Shown: positions 24,101 through 37,279, counted from the stretch's first letter. The stretch is DNA of 64,000 nucleotides from Pocillopora damicornis (GCF_003704095.1 NW_020843601.1:124001-188000), one strand, 5' to 3'. Numbers and translations: made by a program. Notes: generated by a model not told the origin, from the letters alone.

Positions 24101-25559
24101 CTGCTTGTTCACTCAGAAGTCCAGAAGCTGAACGAAATTACCTGTTGTTGTTGTTGTTACATCCGAATTTATTCGTTTTGGAGGCGTAGCTGGAGGCGGG
24201 GTCATATCGTATTACCCAATGATAAGTCTCTAGTGACCGGTCCTCCATCGATTCCTCTTCCTTGACCATGATTGGTTATAGTGAGTTCAATTACAAAATT
24301 CCAGTTTTTCTGGCAGGTTCTTGTTTTTCTTATCAATGCCTCTTTGCTTTTTTTTGTCATCGATGATATTTCAAAGTTATTTTGCAAGTTAATACGCAAA
24401 ATGTGCTGCTCGTCCGGAAACGGCGGCATCTCCGACACCGCACGCAAAGTCGCAGCTTTCCGCGAAATATTTGGGCTCGATAATAGGGCTTCTATAACAC
24501 TCACATCTTTCATTTTTCGTGAGCATAAACACAACTATATTTTCGTTCCTTCTTTTGCAATTTCTTATGGCACATCGAGTAAATCTAGGGCGTTCCCTCA
24601 CATTTAGAAGGCAGTTCCCGCCAGGTATGATGCAAGGATCTTACAGAGAAGCTTTATGGGGAATGAAGAGGCTCGCTCGTGCTGAATTTCTCCTCCTGTT
24701 TTTGCCAAATTTACAACAAGGAAAACTGGCATACATACAAAGAACTAACGCGAATTAACCTTCACCTTCTGTACTCATACTGGCCTTAACGATATTAGCA
24801 AGGAACGACCTTGACAAGATAGTAAATGTGATTTACTATTTACATGTGTCGAGTTCAAATGTTCGCCGCGCAATTTTACTTTCCATGGCTAAATTTCCCC
24901 GAGAAGAGCGCCAGAGATCCTCGATTTTCAGCGTTTCTTCTCGTAGTGGTGCACTATTTACCCCACGGGCGTTAAGTGGCCTTTCCCTCAACAGTCTTCC
25001 CCCCCCCTCCAGCTAATCTCCCACGTAATTAAGAGGGACAGGGGATGTTACAACCTGGAGTTGCCGCGTAAGGTTAATCTTAATGTTTGTTAGGAAGATC
25101 TGTGACAAAAAGTTAGCCTTCAACATAACTTTGGTTTTCCATGTTGCTCTTATTTATTTTATCCATTTCATATTACAGTATTATTGTTATCAGCGTTATG
25201 ATTTTATTTTCTTGCATATGTTGTCCGAAAAACTCAACCAGACGACGAAAATGTGGGACGACAATTATATAGATGTGCCAGAATTTTTTCCATTCTTGTC
25301 GAGAAACCCACCTCAGTGCGAACTGTTAAACCACTTATCCTGAAAATGTCGTCTGACAAGGTTAAAAAAACACGTGAGGGGAAATTACAAGTCAAAACAG
25401 GAAATCGAATAGATTAGTACAGATTACGAGCCCTAAACGTGTAAAACGAAGAATTTTAAAGTTATCAGACTTGGCTGAAAACAATTTAGCGAAGTCAACG
25501 ATAAATTAAAGAACAAATCAAAACCGAGGGAATTTAGATGGCAATAATCATTTGTGTCA

Positions 25560-26140
25560 CTACTTTTTGTGGTGCAATGGTTATAACTGGTGGCCGATTT
25601 TTCTAAACCGTTACCGGAAAAAAACCCTTGGTACTTAAAGTTTCCTGAATCATGGACTTGAACTTGACTTAAGTGCATCACTACATAGAACACCCAGAGA
25701 CTCTAACTAATGCGATGAAAAATTATAATTCGCCGCAAGATTAAACTTGCTGGTATCTGTTTTAGCACTAAAATCTCAAACGCTTACGTGTTTACTGGCC
25801 TCCCTTGAGAGAATTTAATCCGCAAACAGCTTGCACTGCACGAAAATCAGGAATGAAAATCGTCCTGATAAGTCGCTGATATTTCCTCGTGGATTTTTTT
25901 CTTTTCCCTAAGCAACTGTTTGCCAGATTACATCGACTTATGTATTTCGTAGTATGCGGAGTTATTTCAATAACAGCATTACTCAGCCTGTAATCTATCT
26001 ACTGATTGTGCTCAGTTGTAATCACTTCTCAACTTTCGGTAATCGGTATCTTTTAGGGTCATAGTTAGACAAGTTACCTTGACTTTTGAACTCCTCTTAT
26101 AACCGAAGTAAATAATAGAAAATCAAGTCGGAGAAAGTTT
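25560..26140 (-). pseudogene. Probable decayed third V-type Ig paralogue (V-exon remnant about 25560-25987, possible signal-exon remnant about 26078-26140)
   Basis: Minus-strand translation KQIPASLILRRIIIFHRIS*S...VVMHLSQVQVHDSGNFKYQGFFSG resembles KRLPKSLRGRISYSGTISSTGCKLEFTLTDVQRSDGNFVYGC of the 15.4-kb gene. It has in-frame stops and frameshifts and no ATG. Alignment by eye only. Confidence 0.4.
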
Positions 26141-27125
26141 CAGACACTTGCACGCCCGTTTCCTTCGCCGAAGAGAGACTTTTAAGCCACTTTATTGATT
26201 TGCCACCAATTTGTCGCAATATTTTTAAAAGGGTTTGAGACGGAAGTTATGAATGTAATGTGTTGATATCTCCAAAACCTCCAGCATTTGCACGCAGATT
26301 GTTTTCCGATTATGAGGGTTCGCAACTACGTCCCAAAATGGAACGATTTTACTTTCCCTTTTGACAAACTAATTAGTTTCCATTTATTTGGGATTAACAT
26401 GAATTTTGAAGATTACACTAAAGTTTTCTCTTTACATAGAAATGGTGAGATAATAAATCCCTCTGATATGACATCTAAATTGCTTCAGGATTTAATTAGA
26501 TTCTCATTAATTTTTCAGACGACTGGCAAATTGACCGTCGTTTGCCAGTCTGTGAATTCTCCGCTCTGTAAGTGTTAAGGCGATTTAGATACTTGGCAAT
26601 AATTAGATTAAGCAAAGGAAATTATGCGGTCTTTCTCCAAATCTTATCTTACACAGGTGAATTTCACGCCAAATATGACCATTGTCAATTGCCAATGATG
26701 TCAGCCGAGTGGCCTCAGCTTTAAGTAGTTTATCATTCCAGCGCGTCGCAATCGCGTGGTAAATTCCACAAACAAGTATAGACTTCCTCTCGTCAATGTT
26801 TTTGTCATCACCGGGGTTCGAAGGCTAACCATGCACATAACTCTATAAACCTCGGTAAATAACCTTGCAAATAGGTTTTGTATTGACCTTGTTTCGAAAA
26901 AGCTTCTGTTCAAAGGTTTTTCTATGATTGCGTGTATGTACAAGTCTAAGAAGACAAAGTTAAGTAGCTTTAGCTTCCTACCTCAAACACTTACGTCAAC
27001 GGACGGTTGGAATCAATTTAAGCCGGAAATGTTCACATACTTGCGCGCTTTACTTTTGCCGTCAGCTTCCGAACCCTAACCCTGACCCTAAACCATACTT
27101 TTCAGTTCAATCATTCTTTGACTCA

Positions 27126-27185
27126 ATGGAGATGCATGCTTTAACATGGAGATGTATGCTTTAACATGGAGATGCTTGTTTGAAC
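27126..27185. repeat. 20-bp minisatellite x3
   Basis: atggagatgcatgctttaac / atggagatgtatgctttaac / atggagatgcttgtttgaac. Confidence 0.9.
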
Positions 27186-29627
27186 TTGTCTTTTTAAAAG
27201 TCCACTCCGTATTTTGTGTCATTGACACGAAAAAAAGCTGAGATCACAGATCACAATTTCCACTTAAAAAGCGGTTTTTAAAGTATTAAATGTTATAAAA
27301 ACATAAAGCTTTCCGGCTGAACTAAGACCGCTGGGTGCGTTTCCGACAAGTGAATGCATGTAGATAAATAATTCTCTGCCGGAAAGATGTGCGGAGGAAC
27401 TGGAATAAAGTAGTTCAGGAATAGTGTGGTTGGAAAATAAAAACTGTTTGACCGCCTAAATCGAGAAGACTATATGACATGAGTAATAATCATGATGAAT
27501 ATTATTGACGCGCTTCCTTTGCGATCGCAATCATCTCGAATTTATTTAATAGCTTAAATCATGAAAACAATGTGACATGAATTATCATCACGCATTACTA
27601 CGGCAGTTGCCATCAACTCGAATACTGTAACACGCAGATTTTATCCCTAATACGTTTACATTTCCCCCTTCTTCGCCTGTATAATGTTGCACCTTGATTT
27701 TATGATTGCGCTACATTGAATGGAGGAGGGGGGCATTTTTATCACACTCCACTTAAATTAAGACTTCATTTGAAGTATTATTTTAAAAGTGGCTACGTGG
27801 ATGTTATATGTCCACTAATTTTGTCACTGATAGTTCTTTAGCCGCTTATTAAACTGTCTGATTCACGCACGTACGTCGTGCTTTGTTTCCGCATTGATTC
27901 TGGCCGAAATTTTCTTGCTCTTCTTCATTTTTTTCTTTTGTTCTCCAGTTCAAGGTTGGTTTTTATTAACGTTTGGAAGTTAACTAAATTTTTTTCCCCT
28001 TCATTTTTGTTTCAAGCCATGAAAACATTTAATACTTCGTGACCTCCCTATACGGTGTCTCTGCAACCCTTCGTGTCCCCTTCCCGCCCCTCCTACGCCT
28101 TTTCCCCGCCCCCGGATTTGCTCTGCTTCGCGTTTTCATTGGTCAATGAATTTCGCGCCGCCCATTCAACCAAACCTGACTTCCACGTTTTCCCGCGTAT
28201 CAGGCTCTTGGCTCAATGGTCCCTTTGTTATTTTCTTATTGGAAATTTTCAATACTTCAGTTTTGGTATTTCAACAAGCATTAGAAATTTTCTCTATTGA
28301 AAACTGATATCAATTTTAAATGTCCCTTTTGTGTCCATTTTTATAATTTTTTGTCGGAACCCCTCTCTTGAAGTTTGTAAAGATAGATGTGTTGGAATTG
28401 GCAGGTCTTATTGACGCGATCTTGCACCATTTCGCTATGCATTTCTGACCAAATTATGTTTAGTACTTGTTCGATAACAGGCAGAACTGTGGTAAAAGTC
28501 ACTTTAATTGTTTTTGGTGCCCGTAAAGATACAAAACACCAGTATCATCCATGACGCAGGTTCAAGTGGGTCAGACATAATAGACAATTACTCTCTAACG
28601 CCTCGATAAAAAACTTACCTTTGCTATTAAGACATCTCATAAAATTTAATTATCCTCGTGCGACAAAACAACGGGACAACACTAAGTTAATTAGATATAG
28701 TTAACAATATTTTCTTCTTGTCGGCGGAGTTTTTGTCTGCACAAAGAAAACGCTAAAAAGTGCAGCGAGACTATCCCTTCAAGCTTGTCAACAATCTTCC
28801 ATTCATGGTTGCCATATGTTAGGAAAACGCCAGGGAAGAATTTCTTCATTGCCAGGGATATTCTTTTTGTGTCTGGGAAAAATTTCATCTTCAACAGATG
28901 TCAGGAAAAAGTGAAACGTTGAGTAAATATGAACTAACTCAGCTTTTGTCGGCCCTCATCGTGATGAAAGATGCTGATTATTACCTTAATAACTGGGTGA
29001 AAAGGATTGTTGTGAGGCTAGGATGGCTGGAAGCCAATATCAGGACTAATGTCAGCGGGTCAGGGAAATTTTTTCAGAGTCAAAAACTTATAGTTGTGAC
29101 AAACATGCTATTTAGAACAACAAAGCAACCTACAATAATGAAAATAGTTAAGTGCAAGGTTTTTCTTCAGAACAAATTTATGAAATTTTTATCTTCTCTT
29201 TGAATAGTAATGAGTTGTATGTCAAAATAGGATGAATGACTCGTGAAATTCCGATCAATGGTGAACTCCGCGCATAAAAAGCTCTGCCTTTGCACCAATG
29301 CTGTTAATTTGCACAAAATGAGCGTCTTCGGAAAAGAAACGAGTACAAATTTTCTATTTCATTTTATGTTGAATAGAATATCGAACGGATAAGATATACC
29401 TTGGTTATTTGGATTAAACTAATCCTATTCGTGTACCTCTTTTTTTTCCCTTTTTTTTTTTGATAACCTCTCTCCCTTAATTAGTTCCAATTTACAGAGG
29501 CTCTGTGTCCAGCAAATCAAATGGAAAACGATTAAAAACAGTCTTATCGGTTACACAGTGGAGAGAGTTGACCATGCGCCTTGAGCAAACGCCCCGCCCT
29601 AAGCGATGAAGAACATTTTAATCTTCC

Positions 29628-29862
29628 TGAGGCCTGTATCTCGAAAGAAGTGTAACTTATAGGGCCTGAAAAGCTAATTTTCGTTATGGATTAGGATAGT
29701 GATAGTTTTAAAATTCAAACAATTAAAAGATCATGTAACAAGACAGAATGCACAATGAGCATAATGAGCAAAGAGCCGCGATATTATTCCTTACAATTTC
29801 ATCTAAATATTAACATCGGGCCTGGCCGTAAAGTTACTCGTACTTTCGAGAAACGGGCCCCT
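29628..29862. mobile_element. PIF/Harbinger-like MITE
   Basis: Left tgaggcctgtatctcgaaag; reverse complement of the right end aggggcccgtttctcgaaag. The superfamily is inferred from the GGGCC-type termini. Confidence 0.6.
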
Positions 29863-30075
29863 CAAGGAAATATTTTTCGATCGTTAATTTATCCCAGAAC
29901 TCCAAGCGGTTCTCCTGTCAGTTTCTTGTCAGTTTGCTGTTATCTGTTCTCACTTGTGAGGGAGATGAGGCCTAAATGCTATGCTAACATAACATTCCAA
30001 CCATACGTTTTATAAACCCGTTTAAATATGTGATACCACCATAGAAAATGATCGAAAATATCTTGTTATTGACAG

Positions 30076-30383
30076 ATGCCACTCAAAGAATACAAAATGA
30101 CATCATTATGGCTGAGTGGATTTGCAGCAAACATCAGTAGTCCTTGTTCCACAACCTCAGACCGGATAACATTTCATGTAGGTTCACTAGGAGACCTGAA
30201 AGACGAGCTTCTTTGAAAATGCCCCTAGTTGCTGCAGGGGAACTGTCTGATGACACTCTGCTGACAATTGAAATAACCGTTGCTAATGACGTCAACATTG
30301 GTGAAGCGATCGAGAGTGACATCATTAATGGCGTTCCAGTTGAAACCAATCTCATTGGAATTGAAACGTACGACAGTTCTTAA
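30076..30383 (+). pseudogene. Frameshifted, truncated paralogue of exon 2 of the 35120-36155 gene
   Basis: After acceptor TTGACAG: MPLKEYKMTSLWLSGFAANISSPCSTTSDRITFHVGSL, then a frameshift, then LKMPLVAAGELSDDTLLTIEITVANDVNIGEAIESDIINGVPVETNLIGIETYDSS*. The intact copy reads MTPSWLRAHASFIYSNSSHSADQITFNAGSLKNAALLKVALVADGLLTEGTPLTVEITVAVNATYGQTADSDLRLGVSDGSKFIGFEIPD. Further possible remnants at about 29500-29585 and 30616-30665 (KTVHYSHYL vs KTVEYSEQL). Confidence 0.8.
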
Positions 30384-31758
30384 AAATGAAACCTTCTTGA
30401 GGAGAAAAAAGCAAGTCTTGATAAATAAATTATTTATGAACAGTGGTGTCAATAGTGGTGGCAGATTTTTTACATGTAAATGGGAATTTCGAACAAGGTG
30501 AGGGTAACCTTGATTGCATGGGACATCGAAACACAATGGTTATTTGCTGAATAAAGAAAATAGCAGTGAAATCTCTTAAGTGACTCGTCCTATGGATCTT
30601 TGTTTTTTTACGCAGGTCAAAGACACGTTCAACTCAAAACAGTTCATTACAGCCATTATCTTATGACTGTGGTGTTTCAAATCTCGTCATTATCTTTAGT
30701 GAGTCTTGGGAAACCCGATACTTCATCTCAACCAATCAGATTCAACCTTCCTCCAATCGGACTGGATCACTCACGTTTTCCCGCGCTTTTGGTAGTGTTT
30801 TTATATCCTCTACGAGCTCTCATTGGGGTCCCTGTGGTATTCCATTCTGGCTCGAGTGGCTGTTGTGTTTTGTTTTGTTCTTTTTTTTAAGGCTTTCGAT
30901 CTTTTTTTTTTTTTTTTTTTTTGACGCTCAGTGACAAGGTTTCCATCCTCTGCTTAGAGGATTATCAATCTTTTTTAATGGAAAAAAACTAAATTTACGC
31001 GGACAGCCTCTCGTGGTATTTGTTGGAAAATGCACAGGTAGCATAAGTTCGCAGAATGAGCCTCCGTGAATATGCAAATACGTTTACGTTGTGTGATGGG
31101 CGAAATGTAAGAATTTGTATGGAAATAAACGATGCCGGCACTTCCAACCTAAAAATCTGAACTAGTTTTGAATAAAAAACAAACTTATGTAGCTTAAGTG
31201 ATTGTTCCTTTTACATCATGTCAGTTTTCTGAGCTAATTTAGGGCCGTTTAGATCAGCTTTTGTTCATCTACTTTTCCCTCTATGTAATCCTTTCCTGAG
31301 GTTAGACACTGTACAACGCCTGCCAAACGAATGCACTGGAAACACAACACTGTAAATTCACTTCGTTGAAGTAAATGAAATTGACTTCTTCCTCTGGAGT
31401 GCTTGAAAGCCTTTTATTCAACAGCTCGAAGACAAAAAAGAAGCCAAATTTTCGGAGCAGATGTTTCATATCAGTTGAGTAATAGCGGGCATTTGTGTGC
31501 ATTTCCTTTTAATTACACACTCGTGACAAGGATCGAAGCGTGTTGAATTTGACTATAGCTTCAAGCCTACCCATTGGTAAATACAATTATAAGACTTGCC
31601 AGCTGTTTGTAATGTGTGGTCGGGAATTGTTCACATCTTAAATTTATCATCCAGAGAGTTTCCAGCCATTCGTCATAGGCAAGGTAAGGACTGTAAGGCG
31701 TCACGATATCATTTGAAAGGAAAACTCTTACTCGTCCAACGTTATCAACACTCAAAAT

Positions 31759-31944
31759 CAAGGTAATTTGGTATTATCAGCTGAGTTGATTACGTAAATT
31801 GGCCACCGTAAAGAGTTTCAAAGCTTACTTTACGAGCGCTAACCCTTCGTAGAGTGAACGACTAAGAGCTAACGCTAGAAACGTCGGCTTTGAAACTCTT
31901 TACAGTGGTCAACTCATTTGATAAAACCAAATTACCTTGTTATA

Positions 31945-31983
<39 letters not shown>

Positions 31984-31996
31984 TTCCCCCTTTACT
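31759..31996. mobile_element. Palindromic Penelope-type terminal repeat
   Basis: Inverted arms caaggtaatttggtattatca... (31759) / ...tgataaaaccaaattaccttg (31939) around gctaacgctagaaacgtcggc, followed by the tail cccaccgacgcagcaccacagtttctttagaaact. Confidence 0.7.
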
Positions 31997-34900
31997 CAAA
32001 CCAAGCTATTGCCCATAGAAGTCTAAGAGGCCGATTAAAAAACCGTGAAATTTACAGTTACTTGGCTGGTACCAAAAGAAATCACCTCCCATTTTCCCTT
32101 TTTCCCATCTTTTTCTTTATTTAGTTCTTTTACGCTGCAAAATGTCATTTGCTTTGCTGGCGAGGGAAGGGAATTTTTCTGAAACCTCTGTTTCCGTTGT
32201 GAGAGTAATCACCTCGCTGGATAAAAATTGAGACCACCTGACAGGCGAATTGAGAATTTTTCAAACTGTTAAATGCAAATTTCTCAGATAAAAATTTCCC
32301 GTCATTCTGCATGTTGATTCAGTTTTGTCTTCTCGTCATGTATGTTGTCATTTTGTAATAATGGATGGAACACCTAAGCCCTAATGTAAAGCAAGTGGCC
32401 TTCATGCCAAACAAATTCTCACCTACCGCTGGGAAGCGGCAAATGAAGTGCAGTTGTATATCGTATCAGTGTGATATGAGTTGCCTGTTAAGTTGATTTG
32501 ATTTTGTAGAAGTTCTGTCTCAGTCCAGTATGCATAAATACGGAGAACGTTCAAATTTTTCAGAGCGACATAAAGATTAGAGAGCATGATTTTATTCATT
32601 TACAGCTGAGTCTGTTAAGAAAAGCTGTCATCCTAAGATCCCAGAACAACCTGGAAAGCTGGAAACAGCTGCTGTGAATTCGATTGTTTTAGTAAATAAC
32701 AATGCTTGTCAGGTTTTTCCATGTAAACAGAAATAGTTCGTTATCCAGTTCTGGTGAAGCGGGCAACTGTGAAAATTAAGATTACATTGTTCTTCCATAA
32801 GGCAAATCCTCGAAGGTAAATGCGTCCTAAATGTTTCTTTTCTTTTCCGTTTTCGACCGAATAATTAGAGAACTATTTGAAGCTAGATGATTAATGATTG
32901 GTAACTAGTCAATCTATGAAGTAAGTTTGAATAACAAATCATCTGGACTAATAGCAGAATTCTCAGTACATCTATATGCTTCGTGGGCTTGCTTGAAATT
33001 TCATCGACAACCTTTCTTGAGAACAATCAGTCGTCTCCCCTTATGTAAAATTTCCTGAGGTAAGTTTAGCGCCGGTTTTCCATGAAACTACATCCTAGGA
33101 AATTAAGAAAGAAAATTTTGAATGGTGACACCTCTGCTTTGTAAACAGCCGACCTTCCCTTAAGGCTTGCATCGCAACTGCAGTGCCTGCAATACGAATT
33201 AAAGGACACTCTTTGCGCAAAAGGACGGCTGCTATACGGAACTTTTATTTTTCTTTCTGCCAGAAATCATGTTGTGTTCGACCAAACCCGGATGTTGTCG
33301 CTTTGGACTTTGAACGTCATGTTTGGCATGAGTAGAAAATGATAACTTATCTCAAACTCGGTCCCTAATTAATTTTTTGATGTTACGAAAACACTCGATT
33401 AAACTGTTTTAAGAAAAAACAAATACTTTGATGGAAGAAACGACAGTTCATAACCGTGGTTGTCATTCAAACACAGCCTTTAATATGTTTAAAGTTATGA
33501 TAATTTTCTAAGACCGCATAATTTTAAAAGCTAAGTTCGAGGCCTCACGTCCGCATGAACACGAAATTCTACGCCAAAAAAAAAAGTAAGCATTGAACAT
33601 AGTATCTTCTAAATCAAAAAGTTACTACTTTCTGAACTTATTTTAACGACTAAGCTAATTTAAAACCAGGAGAGAAAAAAGAAGGCTGCTTTACAACGGA
33701 ACATTCAGTACAAGTGTACAGAGTTACGACATTCTCCTAGGTAACTGTAGGTAGGAGAGTTTCTTTATAATTTCAAGTTATGAATAAGGATGGAAAGGAA
33801 GAGCACATATACAAATGTACTTCATAGGAACTTCGTTTTAGAGGGATTTTATGCGTCGCCAAGTACTTTTAATATGCGAACTTTGACGTACACGGAATTG
33901 GGCTTGTTTAAAGCCAATTGCAAACAAGCTTATGCTGAGTAGTACGACAAACCGAGAAAAGATGCAATAGTTATGTTCTATGTCTTTTATTAGTGCAGTT
34001 TGAAATAAGTGAAATTGAGTCATAAAGGCTTAACCGTCTGAATTTTCTTCTCTTGCAATGACTGATATCTGTTCGAAGACTTTAGATCTTCCTGTGAGGG
34101 ACTTGTCATAATTTATCGACATTATAATTTTTTCTTTTGGGGAGGTGGGGGGTTAGAGATCACATGGTTTAGAGGGGGGAATGGAAGGGGATAAGTCGTC
34201 GTTAACAGAGTATAAAGCGGGGACTACTTAGAATTGACTGCCAATTAACTGCCGATAAGGGAAAGGGGGGTGGGGAGATTATGAGAATATTTACAAAGCC
34301 TTATAAGAGTGTCTCAATTGGTTAACCTTCAGCTGTTTGGCCTAAAAATTTACAAATTTTCACCCTTAGTCGGAAAAAATTAGCGGTTAGTTTTTTTTTC
34401 CTTTAATCACAAAGGAACAAAATTAACTATTAGCCATAAAATGGCCAAATGATGGCGTTGGCCGTAAAAGCCATCACCCCTTTGATACCCTGTTATAGGG
34501 GAGATCAGGTAGACACAATATTTACAGAAACAAAATGGCATGTTTAGACTTTGGAGGAAATTAAAAACTGATAAGATTTCAATAATTGACGTATTTCGTG
34601 ATGATAGACCATGAATAAAGTTTGAGTTCATTAAATGATAAGGAAGAAAGTTTCCGGTACACACTTAAAAATCCATCTACAGGATTGCGTTGTCAATCAC
34701 TGAAGTGTTATACAAGTCTCCCCGGCAATATCAACGTTCAGTTTATACCACACAAGTAAATAACGCATTTTGCCCGTGCTGATTGGAAATTTCGGAAGTG
34801 ATTACCAAGTACTGTTCACTTCTGCGAGGCCGAAGAGAGAAAATCACGCGTCAACATTTTAACTTTCAAATTGATTTTTTGTACACTGATAAAAAGAAGC

Positions 34901-35119
34901 CTTTTTTTTTCGGTTTCTGTGTGGTATATACTACTGTGTGTGCATATAAATGCAACTCCACTTCGGTGAATAACCGTTAACTGCTGAAACAAGATAAACA
35001 ATAAAATAATTTTATCGCTTTTCGCCGTTGACATGATCTCAGACTCAAGCCTTCGTTTGAGTGCGATGAAACGATTTTTTTTGGTGTGTCTTTTTTCAGG
35101 TACCTTAGTGAAATTAGCA

Positions 35120-36155
35120 ATGGTGGGCGTCCTGTGGTTTCTTGTCATATTAGTTGATACAAGCAAGTCTCTAACATGTAGTGAACCTGTGAGATCTGTG
35201 ACAGGAAAGTATCTTAGAGGTCATGTGACTTCAAATTCAAGTACCAGTAGCCTGGGTGACTGTATGCAGCAGTGCGTTAGTGTTCCGCACTGTAAAAGCA
35301 TCAACTTCCGGTTTAAGGACTTACTCTGTGAACTGAACGACGCTTGTAGATATACGCACCCATGGGATTACATTTCCAGAGAGGAACACGCGTACAGTGA
35401 CATCCATCCTGATAAGGTATAATTGGACAAAAGAATTATCTCCTTCAAATGTGATCTTCATGAATTTTATGCTAAGTCTTGAAAATGAAATATTCTGATA
35501 AGTAATCTTCATTAATCCGATTTGTTGCAAACAGGAACCATTTCGGAACCTGCGCTTGAATATGACGCCTTCATGGCTTCGAGCCCACGCTTCTTTCATT
35601 TATAGCAATAGCTCTCATTCCGCTGATCAGATAACATTCAACGCAGGCTCTTTAAAAAACGCGGCCCTTTTAAAAGTTGCTTTGGTGGCTGATGGCCTGT
35701 TAACAGAAGGAACTCCGCTGACCGTTGAAATTACTGTAGCAGTCAACGCAACTTATGGGCAGACAGCTGACAGTGACCTCAGGCTTGGTGTATCGGACGG
35801 AAGCAAATTCATCGGGTTTGAAATACCAGATAAAAGTAATTACAAAAGCCATGCTCCTTGTTATGGAATACAGGGGAAGTCTGGCAGCTCTCTGAGTAAA
35901 ATAAGGGCTTTAGCTCAGAACGCTTCCAATTCACCGCCAAGCTTCTACCCAGGAATGTTTTTCCTCACAATAAAGCCGGATCGAAAACGAGGCTTTTGCC
36001 GCATTACGCCTGCGCATGACAGGAGCTTTAATAAAACAGTTGAATACAGTGAGCAGTTGTTGCTCAGTCAAGGACTTGCTTTTGAAGTGTATAAATCGGA
36101 CGAAACGGAAAAAGCTGGTATCAAATATGTCGAGGTCAGATTAAGTAGAAACTGA
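35120..36155 (+). CDS. Secreted PAN/Apple-domain protein with an uncharacterised C-terminal domain of about 200 aa, 305 aa. Exons 35120-35416 and 35535-36155
   Basis: Signal peptide MVGVLWFLVILVDTSKS; PAN pattern YLRGHV...DCMQQCVSVPHCKSINF...CELN. Phase-0 intron AAG|GTATAA...AAACAG|GAA joins the two ORFs in frame. An upstream acceptor at 35099 implies a 5'UTR exon. Confidence 0.85.
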
Positions 36156-36557
36156 AACAGCTATAAAAAAGCCAAAAAGAGTTTGAAAAAGAATCAAGCT
36201 CATAAACTGAACCCTGGACCACATTAGCAAAATAATTTCACTCACACTTGTTTTTTTGTTTCGACCTCAATGTTCGACAAAAATCGAAAACTATAAGCAG
36301 AGGCAGTCTATGTTAAATGGCTTATATACAACTTTTGCAGCATCGAATGCACCTAATTTAAGAAGTCACGAAGTGTCTTTCATTGCCAGTGATATAATTG
36401 TCGTTTTAAGTTTTTAAGAATGGATACATTGTTTATTGTTTTCACCATCTGAGAAAGATCAAATCCATTTATGGCCCAACAGCTATTAGAGGCTTGAACA
36501 CTATAAAAAGAACTTGAAAAAGACCACTTGCTACCACAAACTGCTATTGCCTAACAA

Positions 36558-36714
36558 TTAAACTCCCAAGATCTAATTGGTAATTCTCCCCTCTAGCTGC
36601 TACACATATCCTTGTAAATTAGTCACGAGAATTTGGTGTTAGATCAAGACAATAATGTAAGGATATTATGGGGAGAAATTTCATGTTCATCACTTCTGGG
36701 AGTTAAATGGTTAA
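36558..36714. mobile_element. piggyBac-like MITE, internally deleted copy of the 6776-6977 family
   Basis: ttaaactcccaagatct...cacttctgggagttaaatggttaa. Confidence 0.7.
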
Positions 36715-37279
36715 ATGAAGACCGCTTAGAGTGCACTCCAGCTAAGAACCTATGAGTAGCGCCTGGCCGAAACAATTTTGCATGTGCGAGCTATTGAAGG
36801 CTCCATATACCTATAATAAAATGCAAGCATAAGTCTCCTTTAGAAGCGCACGCCTAAGTCTTATCTAGAATAAAGCGAATTTTAATATGTATGAATAAAT
36901 GAATAAATAATTCGTTTAGAACGGTGTAACCTTCTTCTAATCCAATCTTCACCTTGAATTATCAAGTCCAATTGTCTTGAATTTTCAATTTATTTTATGA
37001 TGGCCGTTTGAAAGCAACCATTGAGTGCAATGAAGATCATAAAGCACAATCGAAATAACATTCAAATCCCTTTTCGAAGGAGGTCGTTCAAGCTGGTTAA
37101 AGAATGTAAACCAACAACTGTGATCGTTAATTTGCATTTCCATTTATAAATCGTTTACATAATATTGTTTTATTTACACCAACCGCTGGCTGTGGTTGAA
37201 AGCATTTTACGAATTAAAACGCCAATATCGTCGACAGCATTACGGAGATGAGACAATTTTAAATACCCACTTGGCCATA

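Noticed and set aside
24389-24601. CAIRNC start resembling a THAP zinc finger
   Set aside because: Lacks the conserved W, C..HF and AVP elements.
27073-27095. Short CCCTAA/TTAGGG runs (also near 14960)
   Set aside because: Only 2-3 units; too short to call an interstitial telomere.
37196-37279. N-terminal extension of the MFS ORF given by the ORF track
   Set aside because: Starts at TTG; the first ATG is at 37280.
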